Shown piece by piece: positions 13,411 to 27,769 of a stretch of 64,000 nt of DNA. The stretch is from Heterodontus francisci (Eukaryota): NCBI RefSeq assembly GCF_036365525.1, contig NC_090384.1:55177895-55241894 (forward strand). The letters run 5' to 3'. The first letter of the stretch is position 1, and the number at the start of each line of letters is the position of its first letter. A model generated the notes under the pieces. It was not told the DNA's origin. It searched no databases and saw only the letters and a list, made by a program, of their open reading frames with translations. The translations under genes and the position numbers were made by a program.

Positions 13411-14036
13411 AAACAGACGTTTATTAGAATACAAAATTCTCTGCCACAGCCCATTGAAGTAGAATCCATAATCCTTTAAAAGGAAAATTAGATTATTGCT
13501 TCAAAAGAGGAGAGTACCAGTGAACTAACAGAGGCCCGTCTACCAGTGAATCAATACAGCAACAGGCACCAGTGAAGAAAAAAAGGAACATGTACCAGAG
13601 AATAAATAAACAAAACCAAGCATTGGGCACATCAGTAAATCAACAAATTAAAAGAAGCAAAAGCATACCTTAATCCATCTGTCCAGAGGATCCTAACTAG
13701 AATGCAAAGTCAGAAGGAGAAGAAAGATCAGAGTTCTGAGGCTTTAAGTTGATAGATCCATTAGGGGAATAATTCTTTGTAGATCCAGTTCAAGGATCAG
13801 TCAGAAGGAAGCCTGGGCTATGCACAAGCCAAGAAGGGCCGGATACCCGAGATTTTTGAGCAGCACTGGATACCAGATTTAGACAGCAGGGGAGCAGGAC
13901 TTATTTTTAAAAAGCAATAGGTAGATTCACCATCAAAGGGAAGACATGTAGCAATATATCTAGTGCCAGAGTGGGGCTGACAAGCAAACAGTAATTTTGC
14001 TTTTGAAGCATTTTGACGCAACAATCTCATTTCCCT

Positions 14037-15720
14037 TGCTACGATAACGTGAGGAGGGGTCAAAGCGCTCCCCTCTTGTTTGACCGCAACAGAGTTTATT
14101 TCTTTTTTAAAAAGTGAACGTGCTTGCCAATTCAGTGAGTGTTTAACTATTTATGTGCTATGATCAAAAAAGAACCAAATCAGACAGGTTTTCTTGAGTT
14201 TAACAAAGAGGTTAGCTTTATTGTACTTAAACTGAATTAAGTGAAATAATAAACTACCCTCCAACTTTAACACACACATACAAATAGGTCACAGAGTAGG
14301 GAAGGATAGATGGGTTGGGTTAGGTTGGATTAGAGTCCAGAGCAATAAAAAAGGGTATACAGTCTGTGGAGTTTGGTGACTCATCCAGCTTCTGGCTGAA
14401 CCCAGTGGTCCTGAGGCTTCTGGCTTGTAGACGTGGACAGCAGATTCAGTGGTCCTCCTGGAAACAGTGATGCGGATGAATTCCTTCATGGGGTCTCTGT
14501 TTGCCACACTGATGAACTTAGATGGTTATGGCCAGCAGGCAGAGTTCAAAACCTGCTAGGTAGACTGGAGAGGGCCCCCACTTGGGTCTCTTCTGATCAG
14601 TATCCAGTTGCTTGTCTGCTGCAGAGAAAATCAGCTTAGAATGCACAGATGGTAGGCCTGTCACATGACGGCTGTGTCTATTTCCTCCTGCAACCTAATT
14701 AATTCATGTCCAGGAATTCCCTTCTCTCAATCAGGGTCCCATTGTTCAAGTGATTGCTTTTAGGTGGTTCATTTCTACCAGTTTAATGTTCCAAACGTTT
14801 GCCTTTAAATGTCTTATTAATGGGGACTGGCCAAGTGATTCACTCCAAACATCCCTAGTCATTGGTCTGGTGGGGACTGGCCAAACAATTCGACTTCCTT
14901 TGAATGCATTTGGCCTGTTCCTTTTTTTAAAAAAAAACTGTGTTAATCCATTGGCTGAAACCCTATCATTCAGCATAGCACGTGTTTGTGTCACCCTTTT
15001 AAAGAATGCTTATGGATTCTGCTTCAACAATGGGCTGTGGCAGAGTATTCTGTATCCCAACACTCATCGGACTAAAAACATTTGTTCTAACCTTTACTTA
15101 ATTATATTGTTCTTGTAATGGGGGTGGTGGACCAAAAGAATGATGTATGACAAGGTTAGGGATGAGCAGGGAATAGAATGGGCAAACTGGGGCTGACAAA
15201 TAGGAGACAGCAGGCCCTTACCTTATGGTATGGTGTCATGGGCAAAAGGCAGAATAACTGATAGAATTCCCTCTCCCTAACCTACAATCTCTTCTCTTTC
15301 TCCAAGATGGTTTGCCTGCTGCCCTTGATCTCTCCCCCACCAACCCCATGAAATATAGACAAAAGGGCCAGGACCACCATATTTCCCCTATTTGTTTCTC
15401 TCCTTATATCTCTTCAACCCGTTTTTCTTCAATGATCTCTTCCTCCATCTCCTATGATCTCATCCCCATCTGCATCCCTTTCTCTCCCCAACAACTGTCT
15501 TGTTAATGAAGACTGGCCAGGTGATTCACTCCAAACTTCCCAAATCATTGTTCTGGAGGGGACTGGCCAGATAATTTGACTCCCTCTCACTGCATTGGAA
15601 ATTTTGGTGGCTATTTTAGCTGCTAGTAATCAGCTTTTGGTCTGTTCCGTTTTTAATTTAATTCAGGTTTCCAGCCCATAGATTACAAAAATCATCATTC
15701 AGCATAGCACGTGTTTGTTT
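14037..15720. mobile_element. Diverged LTR-like element related to family A, with an internal duplicated segment
   Basis: Starts TGCTACG and has a family-A-like layout; 14815-14990 is repeated at about 15503-15720. 3' boundary uncertain. Confidence 0.4.
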
Positions 15721-18700
15721 TTTGCCTAGAATTGCAGATGAAAAGACCATGATGGATAGTCAGAATGGTCAGAAATCAAGCCAGGGGTCTGAGGACCAAA
15801 GAATGGGTCAGGATTTTAAAGAGGACCAGAAGTCAGGGCCAATTGACCCAAAAAAAAGTCAGGAAGCGACAGTTGGGTAACAACAACATACCAAGGATAA
15901 ACAGACCACAGCCAATTGATTGAAGATTGGAGTGGAGTCAAGGAGTGGTACTGAAGTCAGGGAGCTAGTAGTAATTTCAAATGACCAAGGAAAGGAGCAG
16001 CAGGCCCATCAGGAGTGGAAGCAGACAGGCAGTAACCTAGAGGACAAGAGGTCATAACCAAAAGCCTGAAGAATGGATTAGGGAGTGGAAGGGTTAGGCA
16101 ATGTTGCTTTAAGAGCTGATCAAGCAATGAAAATTTATGAATGAAAGTTGATACCAGAAGAGGGTACAGGCAGAAAGAAGCAAAGGTAAAAAAGGCACAG
16201 CAAAACTTAGAAAAAATAATTACTTTTATAGGTTATATATGCTACTATGTACTGCAAAAAAAACCTGCAGAATGCTACAAAGAATTCACAATTTCCATTA
16301 TAAAAAATCTCAGAATTCCCCACAAATAGAAATGAATAGGAAAATGAACAAGGAGATGCTAGAAGGGGCAATCAAAAGTACTATTTATATACTATAAATT
16401 GTCAAATAAAATAAAATACCAGGATTTTTTTCTTGAATACAAACCTTTTTCTGTTCTACATTAAAAGGAATCTAATAAAAATAATCCCAAACTATTACTT
16501 AGCAGAATTCAGTTTTTTTAAATTATCTGTTGGATAAAATGTATTGTATAAATTGATAGAAGAAATGGATATTTTATTACAAATTATATTACTTATAATT
16601 TGAAATTTTTGCTCATTTCTTTCTCTCAAAGGAAATTATTTGGGAATGAGCTGCATTTAAATATTTTAAGCCAAAGTGAATTTATATAAGTTTTAAAAAG
16701 AGCCAGAGGCCACAGGCATTAAAATGTTTATTAAAACCAGTTTATGGAACGTTGAAGCTCACAGTCTGTGGGCAAATTTTCCCATCCCAGGCCAATAATG
16801 CCAGTTTGAGAATAGCATATTTTTAAAAAAACACATGCATCTTGCTGGTTTGATGATAGGTAAGAACACTTGGTAGAGTTGGCTCTTTGATAACATAAAA
16901 AGCAAACAAAACTGTTTGCAATGTACTATCTGGGAACTTTTTAAATTCACATCCGAAAACAGTTAATAAGGCAGAGTGTGAAACTGATGCACTGTGGGAT
17001 TACCTCCGGAAGGTAGCTTCATATTTGTTGTGGCCAGGAATGAGTGGAGTCCTGCGTTATACTACTGATTTTGCATAACAACTGTTTCCATTTAATGCAA
17101 AAGCTATAGTGCCATAAAATCTGTGACAGTCTTCACAGATTCAAATGCTAAAGTCCATTCCAGAGGGTTTAAAGTTTGAAGGCTCTGCAATCTGAACTGA
17201 GTTTAAGTACTGAAACTGCAATGCATAGATATCTGTTGCTATTGTTTCTTGCCTTGCAATGCACATTTGATTATCTCCTAGAATCAGAAACAAGTACGAT
17301 AAAATAATTTAACTGCAAGAGCAAATATCAATGAGTGACAATGCAAAGTAATACTGCTAATAATTCTTTCCAGTGCTACCTACTATAACTAATGGCATTC
17401 TATTGTTTTTAAACATAGATTTCAATTTCTCAATTTAAAAACTATATAAAGCAATAACTAGGAAGTAATTAGTTTCTTTATCATGTACAGATCTTTCCTT
17501 GAAACATAATCTTTTGAAGACATACTATATACACACATCTTGTAAACCTCAAAAGGACACACTGGACATTAATCTGGACATCTGTCACTAATTTACATTC
17601 ATAGATAATATTTGAATTTATTAACAATGTTTCATTTATACCTCATGATACATCTGTGCACATGCAATTGCAATATTTCTGCTCGAGACATTACAAAATT
17701 TGGAGCCATCTTTGCTAAAAGTTTCAAAACAAACAACGAACCTTGGAACAATGACAATAGCATAAAATTCTACCAAAATGGTAGACAGAAAAATATAAAA
17801 TATCATAATTCTAAAATAGCAAATATGAAAAAAAATCACCTCACAATTGTACTTGAAACAAAGTGTATGTAAAATTACAAGATACCATCTCTTCGGCTGT
17901 CTAAAAATGTATTCACCAATTACTAAACACTTATTTTAATGATCTATACAACACAAGCATTAAGTTATTTATTGCTAAAATAAAAAATGAAATATTTGTA
18001 TTTCAGAAAAAGAAACTTCTTCAAAAAAAGAGAAAATCTTGGCACTAGGTTTATTAAAAATGCCTAAATGTTTTCAACAGTTTATTTGTGCTCAGAAAAG
18101 CTTTCAATTCAGTTCTCAAAAGAGTTCAGGTCTTTTTGGACATAAATTAGAACAGCTTGGCTACCTCACATCACAATCATAATTCAGGACTGACATCACG
18201 TACGTCAGACAGCCTGGATGGCTCATTTATGTAGTACTAACATTCTACAATGCAGCCAATTTTTGGAGCAATGCCTTCCATCTTGACTGGAGTCTCTGGC
18301 TCCGGTGTCTATCTGCCCTGTCACTGGCTGGCTGCCATTTTCACAGACTGCCTCCTATTATGAAGGGAAGTGGGTGTGCTGGATTGAAAATCCAGTTGGG
18401 GTTGGGAGAGTTCCTTAATTAAGCCCTCAAGGGGCTTAACTGGTTACCCGCCACATTCAGGCAGGTGGTCGGTATACAGGACCCACCGCCTTTTCCAAAA
18501 TCACTGGAAGACTGGACCACATCGGAAAGCCAGCATATCATTCAGGGACCTGAAGTTGTTGGCTCACCTGCCTCAGCCAAACAAAAAATCAGCCCTTTGT
18601 GTCTACTCTATCAAAACATTTCATAATTTTATATGTCTCTATTTGGTCACCCCTCAGCCTTCTCTTTTCAGGAAAAAAGAAACCCAGCCTGTTCATCCTT

Positions 18701-19445
18701 TCATTATTAAACAGTAGGCAATTTATGCCTGAAAGTTGAATTTGGTGCAGGAACTGCTGAATGTGGTTAAGGCAAACAAAGGCACAGAACATTTCACAAC
18801 CTGAATAATTATGAGGTTTCTGAAATAGCTTGTTTAAGATACAGTACCACATTAGAACATTATTCTCAATCCTTAAGCAATTTACACTCTCCTGTTGCAA
18901 ACATCATTTCAATTGTCAAACCAGTTAAGCTAATCAATTTAATCATAATTCCGTAATAGAAAATGGTCCAGGATTAAACACTCATGTGGAGCTTGATCAG
19001 GAATGTCTGGATTTATCTGGATAAGGAAAAAATAACCTACTCAGCCATATTTTCTTAAAAATTTATCAGCAATCATGGTAAGGCTACATTTAATATCAAT
19101 TCCTATTTTCATTGCCTTGCCATGCCACTTCAGAGAGCACTAAATGTATCACGGGAATACTAGATAAATTAGAGGGACCAAAGATCTTTTTAGGCCTAAA
19201 ACTGTTGGTATGTTACCAGGAATCAACCATTTATTGTGGAATTGAAGTCACATATCGGCAAGTCTGGTTCCCTGACAACCCAGTAGCTTCCATGGTCATT
19301 TTTCTTGTAGTACCAGATAAAAATCATTAGATTTGCTGAATTCAATTTCATGCTTGAATTTGAACTCATGACATTTACAGAATCCTTGCTGAGTTGGAGC
19401 TTCATGGGTCTGAGCAAGTCCTGGTACTTCAATAAAAGAGGCCAT

Positions 19446-21015
19446 TGTTACGACCAGGTGAGCAATGTGTCTAGGGGTCGCGTGGTGTCTTTACTGGTCT
19501 TATTGCAACAGGGTTTAATTTTAAACAGACCATGTTTTGAGCTTTCCCTTTTGTGAATCCTTGTTCAGTTTCCAATTATGAGGCAAAGAAATGAGCATAA
19601 CCAGGCTTTCTTTGGTTTAAAGCAGAATGATGAAATTGATTAAACGCTTAAACCTACTCTCTAATATGGTTCATTCCTATGGATATACGACGTGCCAACG
19701 CTAGAATGCACGTGATATAAACATGCAGATATGGACACAAAAAGAGCAGAGGAAAAGATAAGCAGAACAGTTTGAGGCAATATCTTGTAACTGTTTCTTG
19801 AGCTCACTGTAGTCCTTGATTAAAGATATGGTCTTGCGTTTCGTTGGGGCCCAGCAGTCTTAAAACCTTTTCTCTCTGAACTTACGGGTCTTCAATGGTT
19901 TCAGTTCCCCGAGAGATGAGCAGGCAGAAGAGGAGATGTTCTCAGCCCATGAGCACAGCGTTGAGTTCAAATCCTTTGTTGGAAGTTCAAATTCAAAAAT
20001 TCCAGCCAGCTAGTCACGTGACTAAAACTGGTTTGACCACTTCTGTGTATTGGAGAAGCAACTGCTGGGTTCCTATTGTTTCAACATCATCTGGCACTAG
20101 ACAAATGTCTTTCCAGTCAGGGCTTGTGAAAAGGGAAATAATTAATAATTGGTGTGGTATCGAAAAAGAATTTCTATACTAATAATAAATGGATAACGGT
20201 AATAAAAAGGGGAAGAACAAGGGAAAGAATAAGAAAGAAAAACTCATGACACAAAGAAATAAACTAAACGATACATGAAACAAAGAACAGATTCTAAACG
20301 GACCTCGAGTTTATAAAATTACTGAAACAGACAGGATCGGATGAGCAGGGGGGAGGTGTGACTTTCTGATAACAAATTGGTGCTCAGCAGATGTGTCTGT
20401 GTCGATTGTTAATTGGAACTTTGTTGTCAATGTGTACCTGTAGCCCCTCGGATAGGCTGACCTGATGACCACCGAGGGGCCCGTTTGCTTTTAATTACTT
20501 TACCATGATTATGTTAAATGTGGTGCAGGTATGTACGAGTCTTGATAGGCTCTTTAAATCACTCTGTATAATTTGATTGGTACATGAAAATAATGTTGGA
20601 CAAGAAATCCTATAAACATAGAAGACCATTGTGTTTCAGTGAGCTTGCACGTGTCAACTTGATTCGTGTAAGCTCCCCTGGATGCTTGAATAAAACGGTG
20701 TTCAAAGAAACTTGAGTCTTGAATCTTGACTGGCAATTATGTACGCGAAGGAGGAGAACCAACTCTCGCGTATAGCGAAAACTGGGGGAGGTACTTGAAC
20801 TCCCAGACTACAGCAGAGTGTTTGAGCTTCCGCAGGTACCAGGGGATAACAAATTGGGGAGGGTGTTTGAACTCCCCTAAGAGCAGAAAGAGAACGAGGG
20901 AAGGTATTTAAACTCCCCAGGGAGGGTGCTTGAACCCCCCTGTAACAGCTTGCAATTTTAAGTTTTAATGTTCATGTGGCGAAATAATGTCTTGGCAGGT
21001 GGGGTTTGCCTGACA
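19446..21015. mobile_element. Solo LTR family A with 4-bp TSD (CCAT), interrupted by a second element
   Basis: ccat|TGTTACG ... TGACA|ccat. A 4-bp TSD fits Gypsy/ERV-type integration. Confidence 0.78.
20125..20947. mobile_element. Unrelated LTR-like element nested in the family A LTR
   Basis: TGTGAAA...TGTAACA termini flanked by gct/gct; internal AATAAA at about 20689; sequence absent from the other family A copies. Confidence 0.6.
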
Positions 21016-22344
21016 CCATACTTAATTATGCACATCTCAACAGCAAGTGCAAGTAGTCCTTTTCGTTACAGAGAATACCTTTCGGTTAGATGTTTGTGTA
21101 GATAATCTGGAAAAATAAAATTGTTGTGGGTTATTATTTTACATATACGTAACAAAAAAGGCAGCAGAGAGAAAAAAAAAACATTGGACAACTTTTGAAC
21201 TTTCGTGTATAGCAAAAAAAGGATTCAATGTTGCGGTAATCAAAATGAAAATAAAGTAAAATTATGGGAGGCATGAGACTGTTCACAGAATCCAGAAGTA
21301 TGGATTATAATGAAGTAATGATGTCATGTATTCCAAACATTTTTTTCTTGTTCCCTATTCCCTTATCTACTGCTTGTTGTTGGATATATCTCCAACAAAA
21401 GCAAAGTAGCGTACAGACTATGATAGCTATGTGTTTAAAAAATTTAATATTTCAGAAAATTAATCACCATCGTATTTCTATTCCTACTGTTTACCAAGCC
21501 CCACCAGTTCCTGACAGTACACTGCTTCAGTTACAATAATTGCAGCATTGGCAGCCATATAAATATAGAGTTAAAATACAGATCAGCTATGATGAAATTG
21601 AATGGTGGTCAGGCTCAAGGGTTGAATGGCCTTTCTCTTGTTCCTATCAGTGCAACTAAGAAACAAGATTTAAATCCACATTTCTAGGAGCAGGAGTCTT
21701 TCCCTGGTTCAAGTTTCATTTGTTTACAAGTATCTAAAAATTAAGTATCTACCATCAGTACAATTTTCTTCATTCTCTGAACCCAAGTCAACTCTTGATG
21801 CCGATATATTAGCCCAGACAAAGAAACTGTGCAACTTTGAATTGGGGGCAATTCTATTTGTAATCATCCTCATCTAGTAGGTGGGGGAAAATAAATCACA
21901 GGTGCATACTACCAGTAAGACATTACAGAAAAAAAGAAATGCTTGGGTTGCAGCTCAGTGCACAACCTTCATACATGAAGGAAAGCAAAAATCCATCTAT
22001 GAAACTGTGTTAATTTACAAGAGGTGCAAAGTCTCCAATTTCTGGATAATGAGCCATATATGTAGATTAAATGAATAGTTAAGAACTGGGCCATATTTTT
22101 TGGATAATTTAAGCTGGATACAATGCTTAAACTTGAAAGTAAAAGCCTCGCCTTAGCTATCCAACTGCTGTAGTTTACATTTATTCTGAATTTTTTTTAG
22201 GGAATGTGTTGGAGAGGTGCCAGCATATGCATTCCTACATGGAGTTCTTAGTTGTGTCAACACATCTCAGGTTTGTATTTTGTTGGACATGTAAAACATC
22301 TTACCACCTGTCATTTCCCATGTAATGTCGCAGTCAAAACTGAT

Positions 22345-22775
22345 TTAAAGACTTATATTTATTAGCACCTTTCACGACCACTGGACATCCCAAAGCGCTT
22401 TACAGCCAATGAAGTACTTTGAAGTGCAGTTACGGTTGTAATATAGGAAACATAACTATCTGAGCACAACAAACTCACATAAACTGTTAAGTGATAATGA
22501 CCATTTAATCTGTTTTTTGTGATGTTGATTCAGAAATAAATTTAGTTCAGGCCACCAAGGATACTCTTCTTTGAAGCTGCGCCATGGGATCTTTTACGTC
22601 CACTTGAGGGGGCAGTCAGGACCTTTATTTAACTTCTCATCTGAAAGGTGGCATCTCTGACAGTGCAGCACTCTCTCAATACTGCACTAGAATGTCAGCC
22701 TTGAATGTTGTGCTCAAGTCCTGGGGTGGGACTGACTCAGAGGCGGAAGTGCCAACAACTGAGCCATGTTTGGCA
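22345..22775 (-). mobile_element. Deu-domain SINE, reverse orientation
   Basis: Reverse complement of the 10530-11050 element (CTCATCTGAAAG..CAGTGCAGCACTC). Confidence 0.68.
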
Positions 22776-23691
22776 CAGTACTGAATGATGAGGCAGGCAT
22801 TAGTTACTAAAGAACAAAAGCTGTATTGCAAGAGTTGATGGTCCAGCAGCTGTAGATATGCAGCAGCACCAACTTATATGAATAGACTATGCCCTGGAGT
22901 ATTACAAATGTTCTCTTTCACTAATTCAGAATGCTTGACAAGAACCCACTGGGGAGAACAAGACTTTAGCATATTTTTATTAAAAACTAAAACTATACCT
23001 AAAGAGTGAGGAACTATACATCCTAGAAATAAATCTTATTTAATTGAACTATTATTAAGTCACATTCTAAGATTTTGAGAATTTAGGGAGTCCATTTGAA
23101 AATATTTGAGGATTTCCACTGTTACAGGGAATACATAATTTACACCAAAATGTGATCACTAACACCATTTTTTTTTAAAGGCTTTGTTATCCTCCTCAGA
23201 TTGTGCGCTTCCTATAGCAACCTAGTGTTACATCATTTGAGTTAAGCTCCAGAAGTATGTGAATTCAGGTGATGATTCACCCTCAAAACTATTTCATTTC
23301 CAGTGAGAGACACCTGGCTTTCATGCTGCTACCCAATATCAGCAGCTTATTGGCAGTGGAATTAAACCAATTTTCCATAGAGCAGGGGCTGTACTCAAAC
23401 TGTAATTTTTAATGTATTTAATGCTATTCCACATAAATCAAAAAATTACCTGCTACATCTGTTAGTTATATTATACTTCGGAATAGAGGAGATTTGTAGG
23501 TTGGATGAAGACCACAATAACAAAATCTTGTGTTTACCTAGTGCTTTTAGACTAGAGAATGTCCCAATGAGCTTCTAAGGTAAATGCACGGAGTACTGTT
23601 CTGCACTTTTTGTAGTTGGATTTATTATACTCAGGTTTTTAAAAATAATTAAAAGAAAATTATTAAGGGGCACTGAAATTACAGAACATAC

Positions 23692-23999
23692 CTAAACCTT
23701 CACAGTGTACGTCTTCTCCACAATATCATTGGTTTTTGTGTGTCGAACTTCACAAGTGTATTCTGCTGAGCCTGCAGCAATGATGATAGGTAGTTTTGTA
23801 ACTGTAGAGTAAAGTCCCTTGGCATCAATTTTGGGCGTTTCTATGCTTTGTTTATCTTTCTGTTCCGTCCATCCCTTGCTCCAAATAACATGCATGTCCG
23901 CTGGACAAAAATGTTCAATGATGCAAGTAAGAGTAGCTTTTTCACCCTTTTTGGGATGAGCAGGGTCACACTTGATTTCTGATACTTTGGGAGGCACAG
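23692..23999 (-). CDS. NCR3LG1: Post-TM C1-type Ig domain 6, last coding exon, ends at TAG
   Basis: Acceptor ttttcacag|CT GTG CCT. Motifs LTCIIEHFCP..VIWSK..GLYST..EYTCEVRH. TAG at 23694-23692; minus-strand AATAAA at 23626-23621. Confidence 0.85.
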
Positions 24000-24759
24000 C
24001 TGTGAAAATGCAGGAACAAAATGAAATTCTCAAAAATATGAACTCCAATCAGACTCCTAAAACAAGAATTTTTGAATGGGTTCAAGAGTTCAAAAGCTTT
24101 TCAGTAACTGCTCAAGTTGAATATTTGAAATTCTAAAAAATGGTATAACCTGTTTATACTAAGTAATTTCCTCTGAACAAATGCCACAAGTGCTTCTTTC
24201 TTCAACTAACAGCCTGTATTTTGCTGTATTACTAACAGCGAGGCTGTCGGTACTTGCCATTATTACTGGGTAAAACTCAGCAATTTCTGGCATCCGCACA
24301 TGTCCAGTTAAACAGCGAAATGAGGAAGATGCTGTTAGTGATATCTTACCCCTCCGCAGGCTACACTGTTGTAGTCTCTTCCAATGGAATGTACACAGAA
24401 ATCACTGTCATGGCATAAATTTGAGCTAATTACCCATTATTCTCACTTTGAAAATGGATGAAAAAGTTGGCTTGTTCTATCAGGAGTAACAGAATTTTTA
24501 ACGGCAGAGTGTGGTAATCATTGCTGAACAACCTCTTTGACCCTGAAAAAATAATTTGACACGTGGACTCTCATTCCCTAAGAAAATTAATGTTGCAGAT
24601 TTTTTTTTTAATGTATAAAGTTTTCTTGTTTTGCTCTTCTATGTACTTTTAATCCCGTGTTTCTGTCCCAATCTTTATTTTGCTTCTTGTGCAATGATTT
24701 AAATGTGGATTATATTTCCTTTTTTTGCTGGATCTGGTGCTGGGAGACTGAAGTGGGCC

Positions 24760-26960
24760 AGGTGGACCAAGTATGGAGGAATGCTTGGGTATGGGCAATT
24801 ATATCATAGGGTTTAGATTAACAATGGAGAAGAGCAAGGAACAATCTGAAGTAGAATGTCTAAACTGTAAGAGGGCTAAATTCAATGGGATGAAAGGGGA
24901 TCGTGCCAGGGTAAAATTGAACCAAAGATTGGCAGGAAAAATTGGAATAGAACAATGGGTTATCTTTGAGGATATGTTTCAGGTACCGCTAGATATTTTC
25001 CAACAAGGGCAAAAGGTAAGGAAATCAAAGCCAGGGCTCCTTGGATGATGAGGGAAATAGAGAATATAGTGAAACAAAAAAAGGTGGTATATGATACATG
25101 TCAGGTGCATTTTTCAAGCGAGAACCAGGCCAAATACACTAAGTTGAGAGAGGAAAATACAACTGGCAAAGAGAGAATACGAGAGCAGAATGGCTGTTAA
25201 CATAAAAGGGAACCCAAAAATCTTCGACTGGCATGTAAATAGTAAGTGGGGCAGGGCCTATTAAGGATAAAGAGGATGATATATGCCTAGAGGCGCAAAG
25301 CAAGTCTATACTTTATATTGGTGTTTACTATGGAAGACTATGCTGACAAAATATTAGTAAAATCAGAGATTATAGAGGTAATGGATGAGGTGAAAATTGA
25401 TAGGCAGGATGCACTAGAAAGGTTGGCGATGTTTCAAGTAGATAAGTCACCTGGTCTGGATGTCTTGCATCCCTTGCCATAATCTTCCAATCTTCCCCAG
25501 AAACGGCAGGAGGTGGTCCAGAGGATTGGAGGGTGATAAATGTGACACGCTTATTCAAGAAACGATGCAAGGACATTCCTAGTAACTACAGGCCTGTCAG
25601 TTTAACATCTGTGGTGGGTAAGGTTTTAGAAACAATAATCAGAGGAAAGAAATCAACTGGCACTTGGAGAGCTTTGAGTTAATTAGGGAGAGCCAGCATG
25701 GATTTGTAAAAGGCAGATTGTGTTTGACTAATCTAATTGATTTTTTTGATGTAGTAACAGAGAAGGTTGATGAAGGGAATGCAATGGATGTTGTCTATAT
25801 GGATTTTTAAAAAGCCTTTGATGAAGTACTACATAAAAACACTAGTTACCAAAATTGAAGCTGATGGAATAGGAGGCTCGGTCTTGATTTGGGAAAAAAA
25901 TAGCTTAAGGACACAAAACAGCCAGTTGTGGTAAATGGTTATTTTTCAGACTGGAGGACGGTAGACAACAGTATTCTCTAAGGTTCAGTGCTAGGACTAC
26001 TGCTTTTTTGCTATATATAAATGGCTTGGATAGTGGAATACAGAGTACATTTCAAAATTTGCCAATGATACCAAACTTACAGGTGTGGCATATAGTGAGG
26101 ATGATAGCAATCAACTGCAACAGGACACAGGTAGGCTAGCAGAAAGGGCAGACAATTGGCAGATGGAATTTAATACAGAGAAATGTGAGGCGATAAGGAC
26201 AGGCAATAGAGACTAAATGGTACAGTTCTAAAGAGAGTGTATAAGGACAGAGAGACCAGCGGGGTATTCATGTGCAAAAGATGTTTAAAGGTGGCAGCAT
26301 ATATTGAGAGAATAGTGAGCAAAGCATATGGGATCTGGGCTTTCATAAATAAGGGTATTGAGTACAAAGGCAGGGAGGTCATGCTGAACATTTATAAAGC
26401 TCTGGTTCAGCCACAACTAGCGTACTGCATCCAGTTCTGGTCAACACACTTTAGGAAGGATGTGAGGGCCCTTGAGTGGGCGCAGAAGCGAATTACTAGA
26501 ATGGTTCCAGGGATGAGGGATTTTAGCTACAAGGTTAGGTTGGAGAAGCTGGGGTTATTTTCCTTGGAGCAAAGGCGATTGAGGAAAGATTTAATAGGTG
26601 TACAAAATTCTGACAGGTTTGGATAGGGTACACAAGAAAAAGCTATTCCCATTAACTGAAGGTACTAGGACTAGGGGACACAGACTGAAGGTTTTGGGCA
26701 GGAGATGAAGGGGTATGTGAGGAAGAGCTTTTTTTTTTAAAAAACGCAGCGAGTGATTATGACCTGGAACTCGCTACCTACGAGGATGGTGAAAGCAGAG
26801 ACAATAAATGATTTCAGAAAGGAAATTGGATGGCCACTTGAGGGAAATAAACTCTCAAGGCTGCAGGGATCAAGCCACTGAATGGGATTGGTTTGCTCTG
26901 CAGAGAGCTACTATGGACTCGATGGGCCAAATGGCCTCTTTCTGTGCTGTTATGATTACT
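24760..26960 (+). mobile_element. Degraded CR1 LINE (ORF2 RT region to 3' UTR)
   Basis: Frameshifted RT motifs (NYRPVSLTS, FANDTK), C-terminal YKALVQPQLAYCIQFWS..LEKLGLFSLEQRRLR, and a CR1 3' end. Confidence 0.85.
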
Positions 26961-26967
26961 TCCTTCT

Positions 26968-26992
26968 TTGGTGTGTGTGTGTGTGTGTGTGT
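26968..26992. repeat. (GT)n microsatellite
   Basis: Read directly. Confidence 0.9.
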
Positions 26993-27303
26993 ATATATCA
27001 GGAAAGAATCTTCATTGGTTGAAGAGCCTCCCTGCTACTTGGCCTGCTCAGATTCCACCGATCCCCTGCAGAAGGTGCCCATTTCAAATGCCATTGGATG
27101 AGAGGAAATCTCTGCTGACAAACCTGCTAGAAGTCTGTGAGCAACTTTATAAGGTGAATGGCAAAAACTGTTCCTTCGCCAATCTCAGCAAAATATGGGC
27201 CATTATCTCCAGTGCTGTACTATGCATATATTTTAAATGGAATTTGTCAGTTAAACCTGCCTTTTAAAACATATTTAAACAGCAGTGCATGAGATACACC
27301 TAC

Positions 27304-27615
27304 CTTTGAGAGGCAGCTGAATATGTCTTTTGAATACATCACATTTGTAATTGTCTTTATACTGAAAGATTAACTCTCTTTCAAAGTCTTCTGCAGTCAC
27401 TAAAAAATTCAGACAACTGTCTATCCAGTAAGTGTTTCCATGGGCAAGCACAGGCTGTGAATTTGTCACTCCATCTTTAATGTGCTCAGATGCTTTATAC
27501 CAGTCAACTGCAATATCTGTATGGGAAATTCCACACACTGAATAGGACACAGATAAATGTTTGCCGTACAAAGGGTTCTCTGGTTCCATTTTGAAATCTG
27601 AAAATATGGGTGAGC
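27304..27615 (-). CDS. NCR3LG1: Post-TM degenerate C1-type Ig domain 5 (312 nt, phase 1-1); both canonical Cys replaced
   Basis: Acceptor tgtttatag|GC TCA CCC, donor AAA G|gtaggt. EPENPLYGKHLSVSYSV..IAVDWYK..GNTYWIDS..ELIFQY has the same spacing as domains 3 and 4. Confidence 0.78.
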
Positions 27616-27769
27616 CTATAAACATATAGAAAACGATGCAGTTAATAAATGCAAAAGGCCAAATTAAGCCACATCCTATCTGTCAGGAATTTTATTCATT
27701 CATTCTTTGGATATGCGCATCACTGGTAAGACCATTTGTTCCCCACCTCTACTCACCCTCTAGAAGGTG

